DNA from: an uncultured delta proteobacterium
GTDB taxonomy: Bacteria; Myxococcota_A; Polyangia; Polyangiales; Polyangiaceae
NCBI GenBank assembly: GCA_963850305.1
Contig: CAWKKR010000011.1
Coordinates: forward strand, 398,473 to 462,472
Length of the DNA stretch: 64,000 bases
Reading direction: 5' to 3'
Shown here: in pieces, positions 20,730-31,195 of the stretch
Position numbering within the stretch: position 1 is the stretch's first letter
Layout: every line of letters starts with the position of its first letter
Made by a program: the position numbers and the translations under genes
Notes under the pieces: generated by a model
Told to the model about the DNA's origin: nothing
The model's database searches: none
What the model saw: the letters and a program-made list of their open reading frames with translations, nothing else

Positions 20730-21452
20730 TCAGCGTGCGCGGGCGACGTGGGGCATCATCTTCGAGCGGCGGAGAAGGCTGACGATCCTCGCGCGGATCT
20801 CCGGGACCCGAAAGGGCTTCGTGACGTAGTCGTCCCCGCCGGCCTCGAAGGCCGCGACAATGTCGCTCGACGACGAACGAGCGCTCACGAACAGGATCGG
20901 TAGCCCCGCGAAGCGTGGATCCCTCCGGACGCGCTTGCAAAAATCCAATCCCGTCATTCCCGGCAGCATCCAGTCGAGCACGACGAGTTCGACGGCCATG
21001 TCACGAAGACGATCGAACGCGTCTTCCGCACTGGAAACGACGCTCGTTGCGTAACCGGCGGCATCCAGTAGCGCCGTGAAGATGCGTTGCGTTTCGCGAT
21101 CGTCGTCGACGACGAGGATGCGTGTGTCCACCAGCGTTTCCACGTCGCCGCCCGGCGGCGGCAGGCTCGAGGGCAGGACGCTCGGCACACCCTTGGAATT
21201 CGCGAACGTCCAGAGACGCTGCCAATCGCGATCGTCGAATGCGAGACGCAGCCCGTACCCCCGATCCACGATGCACGCCGCGATCGACGTGGACTCTTCG
21301 TCGATCACGAACTGCGCGAGCACCCACTCTCCGTCCTCGCTGCCCGTCACGCCAGGGGGTAGCTCCAGATCCTGTTCGTCGCCACCGGCTTCGAGCTGGA
21401 GGGATAGCGCTTGGTAGCTCGTAAACTCGTAGACGATGCCGCGCACGAGCAA
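20730..21452 (-). CDS. response regulator: unknown (possibly PilZ-like) N-domain plus C-terminal REC
   Basis: ILVVDDD, LDWMLP and DDYVTKPF; no output HTH. Confidence 0.85.
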   Translation of the reverse strand: MLVRGIVYEFTSYQALSLQLEAGGDEQDLELPPGVTGSEDGEWVLAQFVIDEESTSIAACIVDRGYGLRLAFDDRDWQRLWTFANSKGVPSVLPSSLPPPGGDVETLVDTRILVVDDDRETQRIFTALLDAAGYATSVVSSAEDAFDRLRDMAVELVVLDWMLPGMTGLDFCKRVRRDPRFAGLPILFVSARSSSSDIVAAFEAGGDDYVTKPFRVPEIRARIVSLLRRSKMMPHVARAR

Positions 21453-21481
21453 ACGACACTAAATAATTTTGCGCGCCAAAG

Positions 21482-22177
21482 CTACCTCGGCACGCGCAAG
21501 GCACACATTCCCGCGAAAGCCGCGGTCAGAGCGTAGAGCATGCCCGTGCTCTGCCACGCCGAAAGCCCGGCTACGAGCTCACCGCCCAGGAGACTGCGGA
21601 TGTGGGCGCGGGGCAGCACGACGCAGGAGAACGCTCCGGCAACCCAGTCCGCAAGGAACGCGACCGTCCGACCGCCGCCCGCCTTGCCGAAGAGCGATCC
21701 GAACGAGAACAAGCCAACGTAGGCGCTTGCAGCGAGGACGGCTATCCAGGACGCAGTGAGGGCATCCGAAAGGCTGGCGTGGGTAGCTGCCCCGCGTGCG
21801 AAGATGACGGCAACCGCGGCGACCGCGGCCGAAACGGCGGCTACGCGAATGCTGGTGCCGATAATCATGCCGAGGACGAGCGAACGCCGATTGGCGCCCC
21901 GGCGCGCGGCACCTTTCACGGCTTGATCGAGTCGTCCGCGAAGACACGCAACGGAGACGGCCGCGCACGCGAAGAGGGGCAGGATCCAACCGAACACGGC
22001 TCCCGCAAGGACGATGTCCGCAGCGTCCGCAGGGGATTGCCGGCGAAGGATCAGAGCGGCAACCAGGGCTGCCGCGAGTGTCGAACCCGTTGCGACGGCG
22101 AGCCATCGTCCGGAAAGCCGTTCTCCGGCGATCGAAATACCAGCCGCGAGGCTTCGCCGCGAACCGGAGCTGCTCAC
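21482..22177 (-). CDS. ABC-2-permease-like multi-pass membrane protein
   Basis: GTG overlapping the upstream TGA; about 6 hydrophobic segments. Confidence 0.6.
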   Translation of the reverse strand: MSSSGSRRSLAAGISIAGERLSGRWLAVATGSTLAAALVAALILRRQSPADAADIVLAGAVFGWILPLFACAAVSVACLRGRLDQAVKGAARRGANRRSLVLGMIIGTSIRVAAVSAAVAAVAVIFARGAATHASLSDALTASWIAVLAASAYVGLFSFGSLFGKAGGGRTVAFLADWVAGAFSCVVLPRAHIRSLLGGELVAGLSAWQSTGMLYALTAAFAGMCALRVPR

Positions 22178-23053
22178 GACCGCGCTCCGGGACTTACGGC
22201 CATCCCGTCCCCAGCAGCCCCCTGAACGTCGAACCGCGCAATCGCAAGACCGTGCTCGTGCGCCGCCCGGAGCACGGCGAGCGAGACGTCCTCGACGTCG
22301 TCCCCTCGGACGACGAGATCCGAGGCACCAGCGCGCAGCTCCACCTCCGTGATGGCCGCGTGGTCGGCCAGCGCCTTCGCCAGGGCGCGAGGGTCGTCGA
22401 CGCGAACCTTGAGCTCGCCCCCCGGATGTGCCGAGAAGGCCGTCAGCGCGAGCCGTCGTTGGATGATCGTCGTCGAGAACATGCGAGCGCCAACATCGCG
22501 CGCGTCGCGCTCGCTGGCGACGATGGCGACCACGGCGGTCCCCAGTCTTGCGAAAATCGGCGAGTCGCCGCAGGACGAACCGGCGCTCCAGGCCGGCGCC
22601 AAGCGGTTCCACGAATACGGCAACGCGCGGTCGTTCCACGGCAAGCGCTATTGCCAGAGCGACGCTGCGTGTCTCTTCCGAGGACAGCGTCGCCGGGTGT
22701 CGTCCACGCAGCGGAGCGAGTCCGGCAGCGGCAAGGACCTCGCCCGCAGGACCCGGGCGCTCACTAAACGTCCCCGCGCGAGCGACGGCGACTTCCACCG
22801 TCTCGCCGTGGAGAGCTTCCTCGACGGGCAGCAGCGAAGCGACGTCACGGCGAAGGTCCGGCTCCACGAATGGATCGTGGCCATCCACGCGTACCGAACC
22901 CTTTCGCGGACGAGTGATACCGCAGGCCAGCTCGGCCAGTTCCCCGGCGGGGCCGAACCCGTCCGCAACGATCGCCGTCGTCCCGCCTTCGAAGCTCGCG
23001 TCGAAGCCGAAGAGCCGGCGGCCGGCGGCGCCGGCGAAAACCAGGCGCGTCAC
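22174..23053 (-). CDS. degenerate ABC-ATPase-like protein; +1 frameshift near 22553
   Basis: PRKGSVRVDG, LSSEETRSVALAIAL and VFVEP resemble ABC motifs. Removing one base in the A4 run joins the two ORFs (LADF-ARLGTAVV). Confidence 0.6.
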
Positions 23054-23054
23054 G

Positions 23055-23726
23055 TCACGTTACCCCTACGAGCTCCGCGACACGACTGGTCGACCAACGG
23101 AATGCTGCGACGACCCCGGAGGTCCCCAGCCTCGGTATGAACGACGGCGTGAGCAGGAATGCGAGGAACACGGCCCGACCGTGACGTGGCGAGAGACACG
23201 ATGAGACCCGCGAAAGAACACCGACCACGATGCCGAACGCAATCGCGTACACGAGGATCGCCGAACCCAGCCGCAAAGAGCTGCCGGCGCCGAGCGATCC
23301 CCAGGTTGCCACTGCGAGAATCAACGCGGGCAGAGCCACGGTGCGAGTGACCACCCAAATGGTCGCAACTAGACGGAGGAGACCTTGAACGTGCACCGAT
23401 GCTCCGCGACTTTCCGCAAGGTCGACGACCCCGTTCTCACGGTCCTCTGTCTGGAGATCGCGAGCTGCCGCCCAGGCAACACCCGCCCCGGCAAGAGACA
23501 AAGGTCCTAGGGCGCCCAGGGCCACCGAGGCGCCGCCCGACGACTCGCCACGCGACGCGACCCACGCGACACCGTAAGCCACCGCGGCGGCCCAGGAATA
23601 GAATCTCGCCGACCGGGAAAGACCTCCGCGGCGTACCGTTCGAGCAAAAAGTGGCACGAACCACGCGAGGCGACGTGCGCCTCGGAGCACCGATACCCGG
23701 AGGTCAGGGGCTTCCAGCGACGCCAC
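23055..23726 (-). CDS. ABC-permease-like membrane protein
   Basis: Five to six hydrophobic segments; abuts the next gene. Confidence 0.6.
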   Translation of the reverse strand: MASLEAPDLRVSVLRGARRLAWFVPLFARTVRRGGLSRSARFYSWAAAVAYGVAWVASRGESSGGASVALGALGPLSLAGAGVAWAAARDLQTEDRENGVVDLAESRGASVHVQGLLRLVATIWVVTRTVALPALILAVATWGSLGAGSSLRLGSAILVYAIAFGIVVGVLSRVSSCLSPRHGRAVFLAFLLTPSFIPRLGTSGVVAAFRWSTSRVAELVGVT

Positions 23727-23823
23727 CAGCCTCAGTCTACGCTCCGTGCCGGCCAGTGCTCAGGAAAGGAACATGTATTCGATGCTTGCGTGGCCGGCCC
23801 TAGCTGTGGATCCTGCCGGGCCA

Positions 23824-24408
23824 ATGGTGGACGAAGCGGGCCGTGCCGCCCCGAATGGTGCGAAAGATCGCCCGACGGACCGACGCGTTCCGTCGGAACG
23901 AGAGATCGATTCTCCGGACAAGAAGACGCTGATTCTGCTGTTCGTCCTCTTCATCGTCACGACATGCTCGTGGGGCGCCGCTCGGTTTGCATGCAACATG
24001 CATCCCCCGGAGAGCCATGCTGCACCGAAGCTGCCGATCGAGCGCCTGACCTTGACCCCGAAAGATGCATCGATCGAGTTCATCCAGCGTCTGCGCTCGT
24101 ACGACTTCGACGGTGCGCTCGGGATCGCCGAAGGACCACTCGTCGCCGAGGTCGAGCGCGCGAAGTCCGAGTGCGCGGCGCACGCCAATGATTGCGCGAG
24201 GAACCGAGAGGCGGCGGCGGGTCGACTCACGACGGCGGTGGTGGTGGCGACGGATGGGTTCAACGCAGGCGTTCGGGTGAGGACCATGCTCAAAGGCACG
24301 ACGGAGCGTTATCGGCTTCGAATGCACCGTGAAGACTCCGGCTGGAAAGCCGTGAGCTATGACGTGGAATCGTCCCCGACGGCGGCCCCCGCTTCATCGT
24401 CACCCTAA
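23824..24408 (+). CDS. hypothetical single-pass membrane protein (possible NTF2-like periplasmic domain); start uncertain
   Basis: TM LILLFVLFIVTTC, then PKDASIEF..YRLRMHREDSGWKAV. Confidence 0.65.
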   Translation: MVDEAGRAAPNGAKDRPTDRRVPSEREIDSPDKKTLILLFVLFIVTTCSWGAARFACNMHPPESHAAPKLPIERLTLTPKDASIEFIQRLRSYDFDGALGIAEGPLVAEVERAKSECAAHANDCARNREAAAGRLTTAVVVATDGFNAGVRVRTMLKGTTERYRLRMHREDSGWKAVSYDVESSPTAAPASSSP

Positions 24409-24545
24409 ACTGGCTGACGGACAAGGATGCGGTCCGGCCATGGGCCCGGGACATCTACCGGAAAATGCTCCGGTAATCCAAAATCGACCGCGACTCCGTA
24501 GGGGTTGCCCGTCGCCTGCGTCGGAAGGGGCAAGGAGACTCGCTC

Positions 24546-25190
24546 ATGCGAACCAAGCACCTCACGACCACCCTGATTTCCGCCCTGACCTGCTCGGCGC
24601 TGGCACTACCCGCAAAGGCGCAGACTGGAAAGCATCACCAAAATCCAGCCGCATTCCTGGAACACTTCGACCGAAACCGCGACGGCAAGGTGGAGCTTTC
24701 GGAGCTCCCAGAGCCGCTCCAGCGCCGTCTGGAGCCCGCGGACACGAATCGCGACGGCGTGATCAGCGTCGAAGAGCTGAGCGCCCGCTGGGACGAGCTC
24801 AGAAAAGAGAGGCTGGCCCGGATGGACACGAACGGCGATGGGCAAGTGAGCCCAGCCGAGCTTGCTGCCTTCAGGCAGGAGAGGAAGAAGGAGCGGGAGG
24901 CGCGAATGGATACGAACGGCGACGGACAGGTCAGCGACGCCGAACGCGCCGCCTTTCACGAGAAAAGGCAAGAACGCGCATTTGCGCTGATGGATACGAA
25001 CGGTGACGGACGGATCACGGAACATGAAGTGCGACCACGTCTCTGGGCGCGCCTCAGCGTCGCGGACACGAACCGCGACGGCGCCGTGACGTATGCAGAG
25101 ATGACCGCTGCGACGGCGGCGGGCACTCTCAAGGTGCCTCTCCGTCACCGCCGACCGTCCGCCGGGGATGGTGGAGCCACCTCCGACTGA
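24546..25190 (+). CDS. secreted EF-hand calcium-binding protein
   Basis: AAGGAG RBS, signal peptide (AKA) and six D-x-N-x-D-G loops. Confidence 0.9.
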   Translation: MRTKHLTTTLISALTCSALALPAKAQTGKHHQNPAAFLEHFDRNRDGKVELSELPEPLQRRLEPADTNRDGVISVEELSARWDELRKERLARMDTNGDGQVSPAELAAFRQERKKEREARMDTNGDGQVSDAERAAFHEKRQERAFALMDTNGDGRITEHEVRPRLWARLSVADTNRDGAVTYAEMTAATAAGTLKVPLRHRRPSAGDGGATSD

Positions 25191-25219
25191 CGGCGACGCG
25201 TCAGCCGACGGTGACACTC

Positions 25220-25251
25220 AGGCGCCCGGATTTCGTCCGGGCGCCTTTTTT
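25220..25251 (+). terminator. intrinsic terminator
   Basis: AGGCGCCCGGA-TTTCG-TCCGGGCGCC followed by T6. Confidence 0.9.
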
Positions 25252-25283
25252 CTCTACCGGGAAAGGGGGCCTTGCCAGCCTTG

Positions 25284-25403
25284 CCCCCGCGGCTCGCTTC
25301 GCGACCGCTCCCCCGCCGCCTTCGGCGGGCTCGTCTTCGCAAGGGGGTCTTGACCCCCGCGGCTCGCTTCGCGACCGCTCCCCCGCCGCCTTCGGCGGGC
25401 TCG
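25284..25403. repeat. two identical 50-bp REP-like units at 70-bp spacing
   Basis: 25284-25333 equals 25354-25403; each unit holds the hairpin CCCGCCG-CCTT-CGGCGGG. Confidence 0.85.
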
Positions 25404-25471
25404 CTCTGCTCGCGTAGTTCCGTACCTCTTTGATCCCTCGGGGACGACGCTGCTCGTCGATGCGGAACTAC

Positions 25472-26293
25472 TCAGATCAGACCCTTCAGATCGAGCATTT
25501 CGCTCACGTCCGGCATGAGCACGAGCTCGACACGGCGGTTGGCCTGCCGTCCTTCTTCGGTGCCGTTGTCGGCAATCGGATCGGTTTCGCCGTAACCGGC
25601 GGCGTGCAGGTGGGTCGGATCCAGGCCGCCGCCGCCGCCCTTCGCATCTGTCGGCGCGATCATGTACACGAGCACCTGCCGCGCTCGCATGGCGGACAGA
25701 CCCCAGTTGTCCTTGAAGTTTCCGCCCATGAGCGGCTTGTTGTCCGTGTGGCCCGCCACCTGGAAATAGCGAGCCGCCAGCAGCGGGTCCTTCCGGATGA
25801 CGTCGCAGACCGCAGTGAGAACGTTCTTGCCCTCTTCCTTCAAGGTGTCCTGCCCAGACGCAAAGAGCACGTCGCCCGGCAGCGAGATGACCATGCGATT
25901 GTGCCTGATCTGGACTTTCAAGCCCAGGTTGGTGAGCTTCTGCAGCTTCTCCCTGAGCTGTTCGAATCGCTCCTTGATGGCCTCGAGCTGGGCCGCACGC
26001 GCCTTGTATTCTTCGAGCGCCCGATTGGTATCGTCCAGGCTCGCCGAGAGACGCTGCTTCTCCGTACTGAGCTGCTCGACGTTGACGCCCATCGCCTGGA
26101 GCTTCGAAGTGAGATCTGCGACGCGCTGCTTGGCTTGATCGAGCTGAGCCTGGAGGTCCTGCTGCTTCTGCTGATCGTCGGATTTCAGCTTGTTGTACTT
26201 CGCGAGCTGCGCCTGCCACTCGTCCTCCGAATAGCCGCACCCGGTGGCCACCATGGCCGCAAGCATCGTTAGAGCTATCTTGCGCTGGATCAC
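25472..26293 (-). CDS. OmpA/MotB-family lipoprotein with coiled coil
   Basis: GGAGG RBS plus GTG, VATGC lipobox, VAGHTDN, NWGLSAMRA and NRRVEL. Confidence 0.9.
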   Translation of the reverse strand: MIQRKIALTMLAAMVATGCGYSEDEWQAQLAKYNKLKSDDQQKQQDLQAQLDQAKQRVADLTSKLQAMGVNVEQLSTEKQRLSASLDDTNRALEEYKARAAQLEAIKERFEQLREKLQKLTNLGLKVQIRHNRMVISLPGDVLFASGQDTLKEEGKNVLTAVCDVIRKDPLLAARYFQVAGHTDNKPLMGGNFKDNWGLSAMRARQVLVYMIAPTDAKGGGGGLDPTHLHAAGYGETDPIADNGTEEGRQANRRVELVLMPDVSEMLDLKGLI

Positions 26294-26367
26294 GTGATGA
26301 ACCTCCGTTGGATGGCCGCACGGTGGCACGGGCCGGCCTCAACGAACAAGAGGGATTTCGGGGGGCG

Positions 26368-28146
26368 TCAGGTCCCGAAAATGCGCCGCTTCTCGAGAAA
26401 GTCGACGACGGCCTGGGCGGCGCGGTCGGCGTGGGGCTCGGACCCGGTCCGGTAAACGACGACGTCCGGAAGAAGGACCGATTTCGCGCCCAGGGGCGGG
26501 TTTCCGTCCGAGGAGACGCCTACGCGGACCATCTCCTCCGCCGACACACGCGGTGGAATGTCTTCAGCGGACGGCAAAGCACAATGAACGATGGCAATCA
26601 CGCCCGCGAGCGCAGCGTGGCGGGCGGCGTCGAACACGCTGGTGCCGAGGAGGTCGTCCGTGGGTTCGATGACGACGGCTACTCTGCCCGCGTCGAAGAG
26701 CTGACGCTCGAGCGTATACGCGAGCTCGGCGGTGGCCTCGCTGCGTTCGGCGTCGATCCAGACGACGACCCCGGATTGACCGAGCCGCTCGCGGCGCTCT
26801 TTCGGACTCACCTGCGTGTGCGCGCGGTCCATCTCCTCGCGCGGCGCCCGCGTCACCTCGGACGAGCTGATCATCCCCGCCGCGACCGTGTTGTTGGTGA
26901 TCGAATCGATGAGGATGAACGCGCCCGTGTGGCGGTTCCGAACGTACGGGTCGAAGAACAGTGCACGATGGCAGTGGACCCGAACGCGGCCGATGTCGTT
27001 CAACGAGAGCCCGGGTGCGGGCACCTCGTCGAGGGTCTCGAGATCGGTCTGACCGATCAGGGCCTCGACCTCGGCCCGGACCAGCTGGCTGGTGTGCTTG
27101 AGGAGATAACTCTTCTCGAGATCCAGCGGTCGTTCGCTCATCCACACGAGCATGGCCTCGAAGCGCTGTCCGACGCTCGGCGGCGCGTGCGGATGCACCA
27201 GCATGTCGCCGCGACTCACGTCCACTTCGTCGTCGAGGCGCAGCGTGACGCTCATCGGCGCGAAAGCGGCGTCCACTTCCCCCGCGAAGGTGTCGATTCC
27301 GCGAATCCGGGACATCTTTCGCGAGGGCAAGACCATCACGGCGTCGCCCTTTTTGACGACGCCCGCGGCGATCTCCCCCGAGAAACCGCGATAATCGAGG
27401 TTGGGACGCAGCACGTATTGCACCGGGTAGCGGAACGCATCGTCCGGAGTGCCGCGCGCGACCGGAACCGTCTCGAGGTGCTGGAGCAGCGTCGGACCGT
27501 CGTACCAAGGCGTCGCCTCGCTGCGGCGGACGATATTGTCGCCCTTGAGCGCGCTGATCGGAATGAACGTCACGCTCCGGAAGGTGAGCCTCGCGGCAAA
27601 ACTCCGGAACGCCTCGCGGATCGAATCGTAAACGCCGGCGTCGTAGTTCCGGAGATCCATCTTGTTCACGCACACGACTAGGTGCGAAATCCCGAGGAGC
27701 GACGCAATGTACGCGTGCCGGCGCGATTGCTGGAGCACGCCGAGGCGGGCGTCGATGAGAATCACCGCGACATCGGCGGTCGACGCCCCGGTCGCCATGT
27801 TGCGCGTGTACTGAACGTGCCCCGGCGTGTCGGCGATGATGAACTTGCGTCGTTCGGTCGAAAAATATCGGTACGCGACGTCGATCGTTATGCCCTGCTC
27901 GCGTTCCGCTTTTAGTCCGTCCGTCACCAGCGAGAGGTCGAGCGCGTCGCTCTTCGTGCTCGACGCGCGTTCCACCGCTCGAAGCTGATCTTCGTAGAGA
28001 CCGTGGGCGTCGTAGAGCAAGCGGCCAATGAGCGTCGACTTACCGTCGTCCACCGAACCTACGGTCGTGAATCGGAGGAGCTCCTTTCTCTGATGCTGCT
28101 CGAGATATCCGAGAATGTCCTCCTCGATGAAAGCTTGCTCGTCCAT
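26368..28146 (-). CDS. cysN: sulfate adenylyltransferase subunit 1 fused to a degenerate APS-kinase domain
   Basis: GSVDDGKST, EREQGITID, DTPGH, NKMD and YPVQYV.RP; CysC-like tail without a P-loop. Confidence 0.95.
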   Translation of the reverse strand: MDEQAFIEEDILGYLEQHQRKELLRFTTVGSVDDGKSTLIGRLLYDAHGLYEDQLRAVERASSTKSDALDLSLVTDGLKAEREQGITIDVAYRYFSTERRKFIIADTPGHVQYTRNMATGASTADVAVILIDARLGVLQQSRRHAYIASLLGISHLVVCVNKMDLRNYDAGVYDSIREAFRSFAARLTFRSVTFIPISALKGDNIVRRSEATPWYDGPTLLQHLETVPVARGTPDDAFRYPVQYVLRPNLDYRGFSGEIAAGVVKKGDAVMVLPSRKMSRIRGIDTFAGEVDAAFAPMSVTLRLDDEVDVSRGDMLVHPHAPPSVGQRFEAMLVWMSERPLDLEKSYLLKHTSQLVRAEVEALIGQTDLETLDEVPAPGLSLNDIGRVRVHCHRALFFDPYVRNRHTGAFILIDSITNNTVAAGMISSSEVTRAPREEMDRAHTQVSPKERRERLGQSGVVVWIDAERSEATAELAYTLERQLFDAGRVAVVIEPTDDLLGTSVFDAARHAALAGVIAIVHCALPSAEDIPPRVSAEEMVRVGVSSDGNPPLGAKSVLLPDVVVYRTGSEPHADRAAQAVVDFLEKRRIFGT

Positions 28147-29063
28147 CAGAAGTAGCCTTCGCGCTTCTTGGTTTCCATCGAGCCCTCTTCGTCGAAATCG
28201 ATGAGGCGCCCATGCCGCTCGGAATGCTTCGTGAGCAACATCTCCCGGATTATGTCCGGCAGCGTCGTCGCGCTCGACGGCAGAGCCCCGGTCAGCGGAT
28301 AGCAGCCCAACGTTCGGAAACGGACGCGACGCATCTGCGGTTCTTCCCCGTCTCGTATCGGCAAGCGTTCGTCGTCCACCATCACGAGCGCGCCGTCGCG
28401 TTCGACCAGGGGTCGATCGGCGGCAAAGTAGAGCGGGACGATCGGAATCTTCTCGAGCCAGATGTAAAGCCAGATGTCGAGCTCGGTCCAGTTGGAGAGC
28501 GGGAACACGCGGATGCTCTCGCCCTTCGTCAGCTTCGAATTGTAGAGATTCCAGAGCTCCGGCCGTTGATTCTTCGGATCCCACTGACCGAATTTGTCGC
28601 GGAACGAATAAATGCGTTCCTTCGCGCGTGAGCGCTCCTCGTCCCGGCGCGCCCCGCCAAACGCCGCGTCGTAACCGCCTTTCGCGAGCGCCTGGAGCAA
28701 CGCCTGCGTCTTCATCACGTCCGTGTACTTCTTGGAGCCGTGATCGAACGGATTGATGTTGGCGGCCTTCCCCTCTTGATTCGTGTGAACGATGAGCTCT
28801 AGGCCGTTCTCCTTCGTGAAAGAGTCACGAAAGCGGATCATCTCCTTGAACTTCCACGTCGTGTCGATGTGAAGGAGCGGAAACGGCAGCTTGCCGGGGT
28901 GGAACGCCTTGCGCGCGAGGCGGACCATGACGCTCGAATCCTTGCCAATCGAGTAGAGCATCACCGGGTTCTGAAACTCGGCGACGACCTCGCGGATGAT
29001 ATGAATGCTCTCCGCCTCGAGCTGCTCGAGATGCGTGAGGCGGTTCTCTAGTGCTGCTTCCAC
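28146..29063 (-). CDS. cysD: sulfate adenylyltransferase subunit 2
   Basis: [28 protein letters not shown] and KKREGYF. Confidence 0.97.
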   Translation of the reverse strand: MEAALENRLTHLEQLEAESIHIIREVVAEFQNPVMLYSIGKDSSVMVRLARKAFHPGKLPFPLLHIDTTWKFKEMIRFRDSFTKENGLELIVHTNQEGKAANINPFDHGSKKYTDVMKTQALLQALAKGGYDAAFGGARRDEERSRAKERIYSFRDKFGQWDPKNQRPELWNLYNSKLTKGESIRVFPLSNWTELDIWLYIWLEKIPIVPLYFAADRPLVERDGALVMVDDERLPIRDGEEPQMRRVRFRTLGCYPLTGALPSSATTLPDIIREMLLTKHSERHGRLIDFDEEGSMETKKREGYF

Positions 29064-29150
29064 GGGAAGATTCGACTCCGCCAGGCATCTAGCACTTTTC
29101 CCATCGGGATACGAAACAATGCGGAGTAACGCATTGAAATTAGTCGTGAT

Positions 29151-29882
29151 TCAATCTCCATCAGGCACGCGGTGCGCGCCGCAGCGGTCCGCTGTAAGCG
29201 TCAGGCCCCGAAGCTCGACGGCGCGGCCGCGCGCCGCTCGGACGCGCGCAAGGTAGTCGGAGCGCGGGATTTCTTTGGCGCCCATCGACGCAAGGTGCGG
29301 CGTCAGGAGCTGCACGTCGAACAGCTCCACGCCGGCGGCGGCGAGACTGCGAACCGCGAAGACGAGCGCCACTTTGGATGCATCGGTCCGACGATGAAAC
29401 ATGCTCTCGGCTGCGAAGAGCGCCCCCCGCTGGACGCCATAGAGCCCGCCGACGAGCTCGTTCGCGTCCCACACTTCGAAACTGTGCGCGTGGCCCTCCC
29501 GGTGGAGCGCAACATACGCCGAGATCATCTCCGGCAGGATCCACGTTCCCACGTCACGGTCGCCAGCGGCACGCATCACGCCTTCGAAGTCTCGATCGAA
29601 CGTCACTTCGAACGGCATCCGGCGCAACGAGCGGCCGAGGCTTCGCGATACGTGCAGCTCATCGGCGACGATGACCGCGCGCGGGTTCGGGCTCCACCAG
29701 AGCGGTGGCACGCCCTCGTCGTACCAGGGGAAGATGCCGTTATCGTAGGCGACGAGCAGTCGCGCGATGGACAGGTCGCCACCGATGGCGAGAAGACCGT
29801 CGTCGTCGGCGAGTTCGGGGTCGGGAAACGCGATCGGGGTGCCCGGATGAAGCGGGATCGGCCGACGACGAATGCGACGCAT
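29151..29882 (-). CDS. aat: leucyl/phenylalanyl-tRNA--protein transferase
   Basis: GLLAIGGDLS, GIFPW, WWSPNPR, AHSFEVW and ESMFH..DASK. Confidence 0.95.
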   Translation of the reverse strand: MRRIRRRPIPLHPGTPIAFPDPELADDDGLLAIGGDLSIARLLVAYDNGIFPWYDEGVPPLWWSPNPRAVIVADELHVSRSLGRSLRRMPFEVTFDRDFEGVMRAAGDRDVGTWILPEMISAYVALHREGHAHSFEVWDANELVGGLYGVQRGALFAAESMFHRRTDASKVALVFAVRSLAAAGVELFDVQLLTPHLASMGAKEIPRSDYLARVRAARGRAVELRGLTLTADRCGAHRVPDGD

Positions 29883-29918
29883 GTGCGCCGGGAGGATAGC
29901 AAGAGCGCTCGGCGAAGA

Positions 29919-31195
29919 TCACCTCGTCTTCGGACCGCCGCTCGCTTCGCTTTTTTCCAGCTTGAGCCCGTTCGCCTCTTCTTCCGTATCGCGCGTCTCG
30001 CACCTTCGGCGCTCGTCTTCGTCGATGACCGCGTCCGGGAGCCGCGGGGGAGACGCGAACGCGGGATGGGAGAAGTCGAACATATCGTAGGGGGGTTCGT
30101 CGTTGGCATCGCGACGCGTCAGGGCGGGAAGCTCCGCGCGTGCCTGGACGAACCTGAGGAGCGACGTATGCGAGTAGGTGCGATGCGACACATAGTGCGC
30201 CCGCGCGAAGGGGGAGACGGCGATGAACGGAACCCGCACGCCCAGGTGGTCGAACCTCGTACCGGCGCTCAGTCCTTCGATGCGCGGAGGTTCCTCGTCC
30301 GGCGGACACGCGCGCGGCGGGGGAACATGATCGTAGAAACCGCCGTGCTCGTCGTACGTCAAGAGCAGCGCGGACCGCGACCAGGTCGGGCTCGCAAGGA
30401 CGGCTGCGACGACTCTTGCGACGAACGCCTGACCGACTTGCACGTCCCCAGGGGCGTGCTCGTCGGTCGCCGTCTTTCCTCCATAGGTCGACTCGATCCA
30501 TGAAAAGAACGGCAGCTTGCCGGCCTCCGCGTCAACGAAGAAGTCCTGAATCGGACGGAAATGCTCGCCCTTCTCTGCGTGGAGGCGGGGGTACATCTGC
30601 TCCTCGAATGTCCGCCCCTGCGAATACACGACCCAGGAGAACCCGCTGTCCTCGAGCTGATGAAAGAGCGTGTGCTCCTCGGCCCGCGGGGGTGGGGGCG
30701 TGTTCACGGCGTGCCCGAACGACGATGCCGACAGGAAGAACATCCGGTTGGGAAACGTCGGCCCGGGGACTGCGGCGAAGTAATGATCGGCGATGGGGAA
30801 CAGATTGGCGAGCGCGCGACGTCGACGTTCGGTTGCCCGTACTCGGGCAGCTTCTGAAAATAGTGATCGAAGGACCGATTCTCCTGCATCGCGACGATGA
30901 AGTGATCGATCGGGATCTGGTCGCCGATGGGGGAGCCCGGGTCGAGCGAGTCGCGCGGCAGCGCGCCTGGCTGGAAGAAGCACGCCGCGCGACGCCCTGC
31001 CGGGGAATTCGGCGGAGGAATGCCGAGCGGCGCCGGGGAGCCCGGGCGCCCGCTCGACGCGGGTCCAGGTCCGCCGGAGGTCGGGCCCCCGTGGCACGCG
31101 ACCAGCGCGGTGGCGACGATCAGTCCCGCTGCGGCGTGAACGGACGGTCGATCTTGTCGTTCCAGTCGAAGTAACAAGCCCCTGTTTCGTAACAT
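29919..31195 (-). pseudogene. phospholipase C / phosphoesterase-family lipoprotein with internal deletion and frameshift near 30815
   Basis: One frame has LVAC and MQENRSFDHYF; another has PGPTFPNR, DEH and TYDEHGGFYDHV. The intervening segment looks absent and the start is unclear. Confidence 0.7.

Noticed and set aside
21482..23053. Single 523-aa ORF
   Set aside because: It is an artefactual fusion of the ATPase-like and permease-like genes through a frameshift; the middle is Arg-rich off-frame sequence.
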